The translations under genes and the position numbers were made by a program. The notes under the pieces are model-generated. The model made no database searches. It worked only from the letters and a program-made list of their open reading frames with translations, and had not been told where the DNA came from. This document shows, piece by piece, positions 60,220 to 64,000 of a DNA stretch of 64,000 nucleotides (the stretch's first letter is position 1; each line of letters starts with the position of its first letter). Source of the DNA: an uncultured delta proteobacterium (GTDB taxonomy: Bacteria; Desulfobacterota; Binatia; Binatales; Binataceae); assembly GCA_963711565.1 (NCBI GenBank), contig CAVQEQ010000004.1:1472001-1536000 (forward strand). Reading direction: 5' to 3'.

Positions 60220-61065
60220 TCAAAACTGCGCCCGCTCGCGCCGCGCCGATTCTCGTTTCAATTGATCGAACAGCTCTTCGCGATGCGTCCGCAACGCGCC
60301 CATCACATCGTGTTGCACGGAGGCGCTCGCCGGCGCATTGATCACGACCGTCGGCGACGAGTTGATGGTGATCCCCGCGCGTCCGCCGCCGGCATTTGAA
60401 GCGCGAACATCGCTCGACGGTCGCGCGAACTCGCGCGGCGAAATCTTCGGCGGCGGAGTCACGCCGCGAATCGACGGAGCAACGCGGACGTTCGATCGCA
60501 GGCCCGCTTCGGCGAAAGACTGTCGCTTTGCTTCGCGACCGTCTCGCGCTCGGCTCGCCGCGCCGGTATCCGAAGTCATCGTCAGCGACGCGTATTTCCG
60601 CGCATCCAGAATCGCGCGGCGCGTGCTTCCTGAGTCAATCGAGCGCTCAACCCGCGACAGCGCATCCATTGCATGAGTTAATTCCGGAATCTTTCGCGAC
60701 GAACACGCGACATCGACCATTGCGGTTGCGCGATGCCACGTACTCTCCACCCTCGAGGTCTTGCCGCGATTGCCTGCTTCACTCGAACTCGACGTGCTGC
60801 CGGAATCGCTCTCAGAGCCCCCGAGAGCGGTTCTTCGGTCAACAAAAGCTCCCGCCTCCACAATCTGACCGTCCTTCAACTGCAAGCTCTGCGCGGGAAG
60901 TTCCAAACGATGATTCCCTGATAGCGCCACGCGCGCAGCTGTTCGCGATACTCGATCGCTCTGCCGCGCAACTTTACTCATTCGGTCAAGCTGGCTGAGC
61001 GCGCGCGCCGCGTTCGCTTCCGCGCTGGTCGCCGCCGGCCTGCTTGTGCTTCGTTGCCTCGCCAT
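60220..61065 (-). CDS. Short Arg/Ser/Ala-rich protein in the tape-measure position
   Basis: Synteny between chaperone and gpU; C-terminus ITINSSPTVVINA..ELFDQLKRESARRER resembles tape-measure C-termini; only 281 aa. Confidence 0.55.
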   Translation of the reverse strand: MARQRSTSRPAATSAEANAARALSQLDRMSKVARQSDRVSRTAARVALSGNHRLELPAQSLQLKDGQIVEAGAFVDRRTALGGSESDSGSTSSSSEAGNRGKTSRVESTWHRATAMVDVACSSRKIPELTHAMDALSRVERSIDSGSTRRAILDARKYASLTMTSDTGAASRARDGREAKRQSFAEAGLRSNVRVAPSIRGVTPPPKISPREFARPSSDVRASNAGGGRAGITINSSPTVVINAPASASVQHDVMGALRTHREELFDQLKRESARRERAQF

Positions 61066-61097
61066 CTGATGCTTGCCCTGAAGTCGCGCTCGAGCAG

Positions 61098-61379
61098 TTA
61101 CGCCCGCGCCGCGTTGCGGTCGAACGGACGGCGTGGCAACGTCGCCGCTTCCACTCGCAGCGGACGTCCCGCGAGTTCCTTGCCGTTCATCGCTCGCAGC
61201 GCGACCGCCGCGTCGTCCTCGGTCTTCATCTCGACAAAGCCGAACCCGCGCGAGCGCCCGTCAAAACGGTCTCGCACGATCTCAGCTCGATTTACGTCAC
61301 CGATTTCGGCAAAGGCTTCGCGCAGATCGCCGTCGCCCAGTGAGAAACTCAGGTTGCCTACGAATAATCTTATTCCCAT
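61098..61379 (-). CDS. RRM RNA-binding protein
   Basis: RNP2 LFVGNL and RNP1 RGFGFVEM, followed by MNGKELAGRPLRVE. Confidence 0.93.
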   Translation of the reverse strand: MGIRLFVGNLSFSLGDGDLREAFAEIGDVNRAEIVRDRFDGRSRGFGFVEMKTEDDAAVALRAMNGKELAGRPLRVEAATLPRRPFDRNAARA

Positions 61380-61441
61380 CGTTTCACCGTCTCGCGTGAT
61401 TACTCACTACACGCATTGTGTATAGTCACTGTGATTACTAC

Positions 61442-61606
61442 TCACGATTCGTCCCCTCCGCCGCGTTCGACGCATTCCCTTTCATACTCCGTCATTGCGT
61501 CCAGCCAATACGACAGCTCCGCAAAGTCCATCCCACTCAGTTCCTGGACTGAGAATCCCGATTGGACGAGTCCTGCGAAGCTCGCTGCGGAGGGCGGTCG
61601 AAATTT
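61442..61606 (-). CDS. GpE'-like chaperone extension reached by programmed -1 frameshift
   Basis: Slippery heptamer A-AAT-TTC at 61606-61600 in frame with gpE; -1 frame reads RPPSAASFAGLVQSGFSVQELSGMDFAELSYWLDAMTEYERECVERGGGDES*. Confidence 0.75.
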   Translation of the reverse strand, partial: KFRPPSAASFAGLVQSGFSVQELSGMDFAELSYWLDAMTEYERECVERGGGDES

Positions 61607-61902
61607 TCGTCAATCACCTCGGCCTGCAACGCCATGACGTCCGCCAGGTCCATCTCGAGCACGTCTTCGTACACGATCTTGTGCCCGTCCACGTGCGTTA
61701 CCTCGGCGATCAACGCAAATACCACCGCGCTGGCGTCCCCTCCCGCCGCTGCCCGCTGAGCGCGCATCAGATCTCGACCAAAGCCCTTCCGTACTTCGGC
61801 ATGCGCGCCCGACGGCAGTTCGAGCGTCCGGGTGTCTTGTTCCTCGTTCGCTTCTGCGCGATCGATTCGTACTCCGTTCACGGTCAGGTCGTCGGTTTTC
61901 AT
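61537..61902 (-). CDS. Tail assembly chaperone (gpE/gp41-like)
   Basis: Follows the tube gene; GRDLMRAQR, EDVLEMDLADVMALQ motif. Confidence 0.8.
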   Translation of the reverse strand: MKTDDLTVNGVRIDRAEANEEQDTRTLELPSGAHAEVRKGFGRDLMRAQRAAAGGDASAVVFALIAEVTHVDGHKIVYEDVLEMDLADVMALQAEVIDENFDRPPQRASQDSSNRDSQSRN

Positions 61903-61942
61903 TAGTTACTGCTCCCGTCTTTCGGCTTCGTACGCAAGTCAC

Positions 61943-62476
61943 TCAACCGCCGAGATTAGATCTGAAGGTACTCAATTGATCGACGCCCCCGACCACGTAG
62001 ATATTGGCGAATACGTCGTACAAGTATATTTGGACTCCAGCGACGTATAGTTCGCAGTGATAGATACTTACTATTGAGGCAGTCTCGACCATCTGATGCT
62101 GGCGGAAGGTGGGACTTCCCGCATCTTTGAATATCCCGGTCATCAGGTAGACAACAGGAAGCTGCGCGGTCCGTCCCTGGCTAGTGTACTGCTCCAGGTT
62201 CCCGCGGGTCTGAAAGGAATGCGTCTGGAAGGGACTGGTCAACATCGTGAGCGTATCGGCATCGAACGACGACCACTTGATTCTCGACTCGAGCTTTTCC
62301 ACCCCGGCCCACAACTCGGCTGTGCCAGCCATACCCAGCCCCTTGTAGTCAATCATCTTGTGCCTGGGATTGGCGATTTGGATCTCTTCTGCCCGTCCCA
62401 GCAGTCCGACACCATCGATGTATATATTCGCATTAGTCAGTGAGTTTATCTGGATATTCATTCTGTTCCCCTGCAT
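61943..62476 (-). CDS. Major tail tube protein (P2 FII-like)
   Basis: NANIYIDG..LLGRAEEI..P, GMAG.AEL..G.EKLE, D....IY.V.GVD.L...R.NLG. Confidence 0.9.
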   Translation of the reverse strand: MQGNRMNIQINSLTNANIYIDGVGLLGRAEEIQIANPRHKMIDYKGLGMAGTAELWAGVEKLESRIKWSSFDADTLTMLTSPFQTHSFQTRGNLEQYTSQGRTAQLPVVYLMTGIFKDAGSPTFRQHQMVETASIVSIYHCELYVAGVQIYLYDVFANIYVVGGVDQLSTFRSNLGG

Positions 62477-62485
62477 CTGCGTGAT

Positions 62486-64000
62486 TTACGACGTCGCACC
62501 CGCCGCTGCGGTTATTGGACTCGTTTGCCCGAGTTGCTGAAGCAGCGTCACATCTATGAACGCCTCAAATGTGATCCTTTCCGCGGGCGGCGGAGGCATC
62601 ACGTCGATGTCAAAGACCAGTTGGCCGGCGGCGATCTGCGTATATGGATTCTCCGCGGGGTCGAAGCTCGCGGCGCCGGCGACCAGCGCGCCGCGCTGGA
62701 TGAGCGATCTGATGAACGCGTTAGCGCTGGCGAGGATTGCCGTGATTAGCGCGTTCGATATCGGCTGGTCGATGAACTGGAGCATCGCGATCTCCAGCGA
62801 TTCCTCGATCACGTCCATCGTGCGGCGCACCGAGATGAAATTGTCCGGCGCGGTTGAGCTCGGATACTCCGCGCTGCGATTGCCCCACACCCGAAGCCCT
62901 GTGCCGAATGCATTGAAGACCGTCACGATTCCCGCCGCGTTCAGATTGTTGGTGTCCGACGACGCGTCGAGAATCGAGGCGTAGAGCTGAACGTCAGGCC
63001 CGAGCATTCCATCGACCTGCGTGTTGGACGGCGACCACCAGTAACCTTGCGCCAGGTCCTTCGCCGCGATCGCGCCGGCCACCCACTGCGAGTATGGCCC
63101 GACCGAGTTCGCATTGAATTGCGACGTCAGCGGCATCCCTGAGGTGTTGAGCGTGACTCCCGTCGGCACGATTCCCGTGTCGTAGAAAGTCTCTTGCGGG
63201 TAGCAGAGAATTGTCCGGTTGCTCGACGTTGCGAACGCATTGCCCGCGACCCCGCGATTGGCTATCGCGGCCGCTGCCGAAGTTGCCGGCGGCGAATCGA
63301 CCAACGCCATCGCGCGAATCGTGTTGGCCAGCGCGTCGAGCGCGGCCGCAACCGCGGCGGCCTGCGAGTAGCCCGGCGCGATTAGTATCTTCGAGAAAAA
63401 CCCCATTGTCCCGTAGGTCGTCTGCAACGCCGGTATCCCGGTATAAACGCCGCTGGTGACTGCACCAATCACGTCGGCGTCCGTTACTTTCGATGGATCG
63501 GCGTAGTTAAATGCGATCAACACAATGGCGCCGGCGGCCATATGTCCTCCGGACGCCGCTGGGACGATAGTCACTACGCCATTGACGGCATCGACCGTAT
63601 AGTCAGTTCCCGCTACATACGTAGTACCGGCGGGATTACTAGTGACTACTACGTTCGACACGCCCATGTGCCCGAGATTGACGGCTCCCTGCGTATTGAA
63701 GGTGAATGCGGTCGCGGCAATCGCCGTAAAATGAACGGCGGGATTAAACACGTTGACGACAATCGCCTGTCCGGCGCCTTGCTCCTGGATTGCCGCGAGT
63801 GCGTATGGAATCGAGTAGCCTTGAACTATCGGCCCGAAGTTCGCCGCGTCGAGGGCCGACGAGACCAGAGTCGGCGTGTTGGGCGCCGGCGCGACCGACG
63901 GCGATTCCACCGCCCAGCTCGGTGCCGTCCCCACCAATCCAATCACCGCCGATTTGACGACCGTGACGGGGACGGGGCCATTAGGTACTTCGATTACTTC
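62486..64000 (-). CDS. Contractile tail sheath protein (5' end beyond the window)
   Basis: SAVIGLVGTAP, ILIAPG, GYWWSPSN, GLRVWGNRS, FISVRRT.D.I, PPPPAERITF. Confidence 0.93.
   Translation of the reverse strand, partial: EVIEVPNGPVPVTVVKSAVIGLVGTAPSWAVESPSVAPAPNTPTLVSSALDAANFGPIVQGYSIPYALAAIQEQGAGQAIVVNVFNPAVHFTAIAATAFTFNTQGAVNLGHMGVSNVVVTSNPAGTTYVAGTDYTVDAVNGVVTIVPAASGGHMAAGAIVLIAFNYADPSKVTDADVIGAVTSGVYTGIPALQTTYGTMGFFSKILIAPGYSQAAAVAAALDALANTIRAMALVDSPPATSAAAAIANRGVAGNAFATSSNRTILCYPQETFYDTGIVPTGVTLNTSGMPLTSQFNANSVGPYSQWVAGAIAAKDLAQGYWWSPSNTQVDGMLGPDVQLYASILDASSDTNNLNAAGIVTVFNAFGTGLRVWGNRSAEYPSSTAPDNFISVRRTMDVIEESLEIAMLQFIDQPISNALITAILASANAFIRSLIQRGALVAGAASFDPAENPYTQIAAGQLVFDIDVMPPPPAERITFEAFIDVTLLQQLGQTSPITAAAGATS

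Noticed and set aside
51480-64000. T6SS or canonical Afp/PVC-type eCIS
   Set aside because: Components and order are P2-like (FI, FII, E/E', U, X, D, V, W, J, I); no TssJLM, ClpV, Afp15 ATPase or Afp16 is visible within the window.

Overview
GC-rich bacterial chromosome segment; the gene content resembles Deltaproteobacteria-like soil lineages such as Binatota, but this is inference. Positions 1-51474 are mostly housekeeping and metabolic genes: xerD, scpA/scpB, dnaB, mrp, a heterodimeric ABC exporter, leuS, a serine aminotransferase-serA-purA block, an arn-like lipid A modification cluster, purE and murF. Interspersed are small accessory genes (orphan BrnA, HicBA, GNAT, DUF3800), several families of palindromic repeats and two parS-like sites. 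Positions 51480-64000 hold a minus-strand P2-like contractile tail cluster, truncated by the window end. It has an intact -1 frameshift chaperone signal, an RRM RNA-binding protein gene inserted before an abnormally short basic tape-measure-like ORF, and a terminal tailspike-like protein with a signal peptide. No integrase or att site is visible at its left edge. Best leads: (1) this unusual tail cluster, (2) a DUF3800 gene with a convergent structured ncRNA candidate, (3) a ~255-bp long-TIR repeat family, (4) local strand-specific G-to-A codon drift next to the repeats and accessory genes, (5) an attenuator-like leader before the serine operon. Three single-base frameshifts may be sequencing errors.
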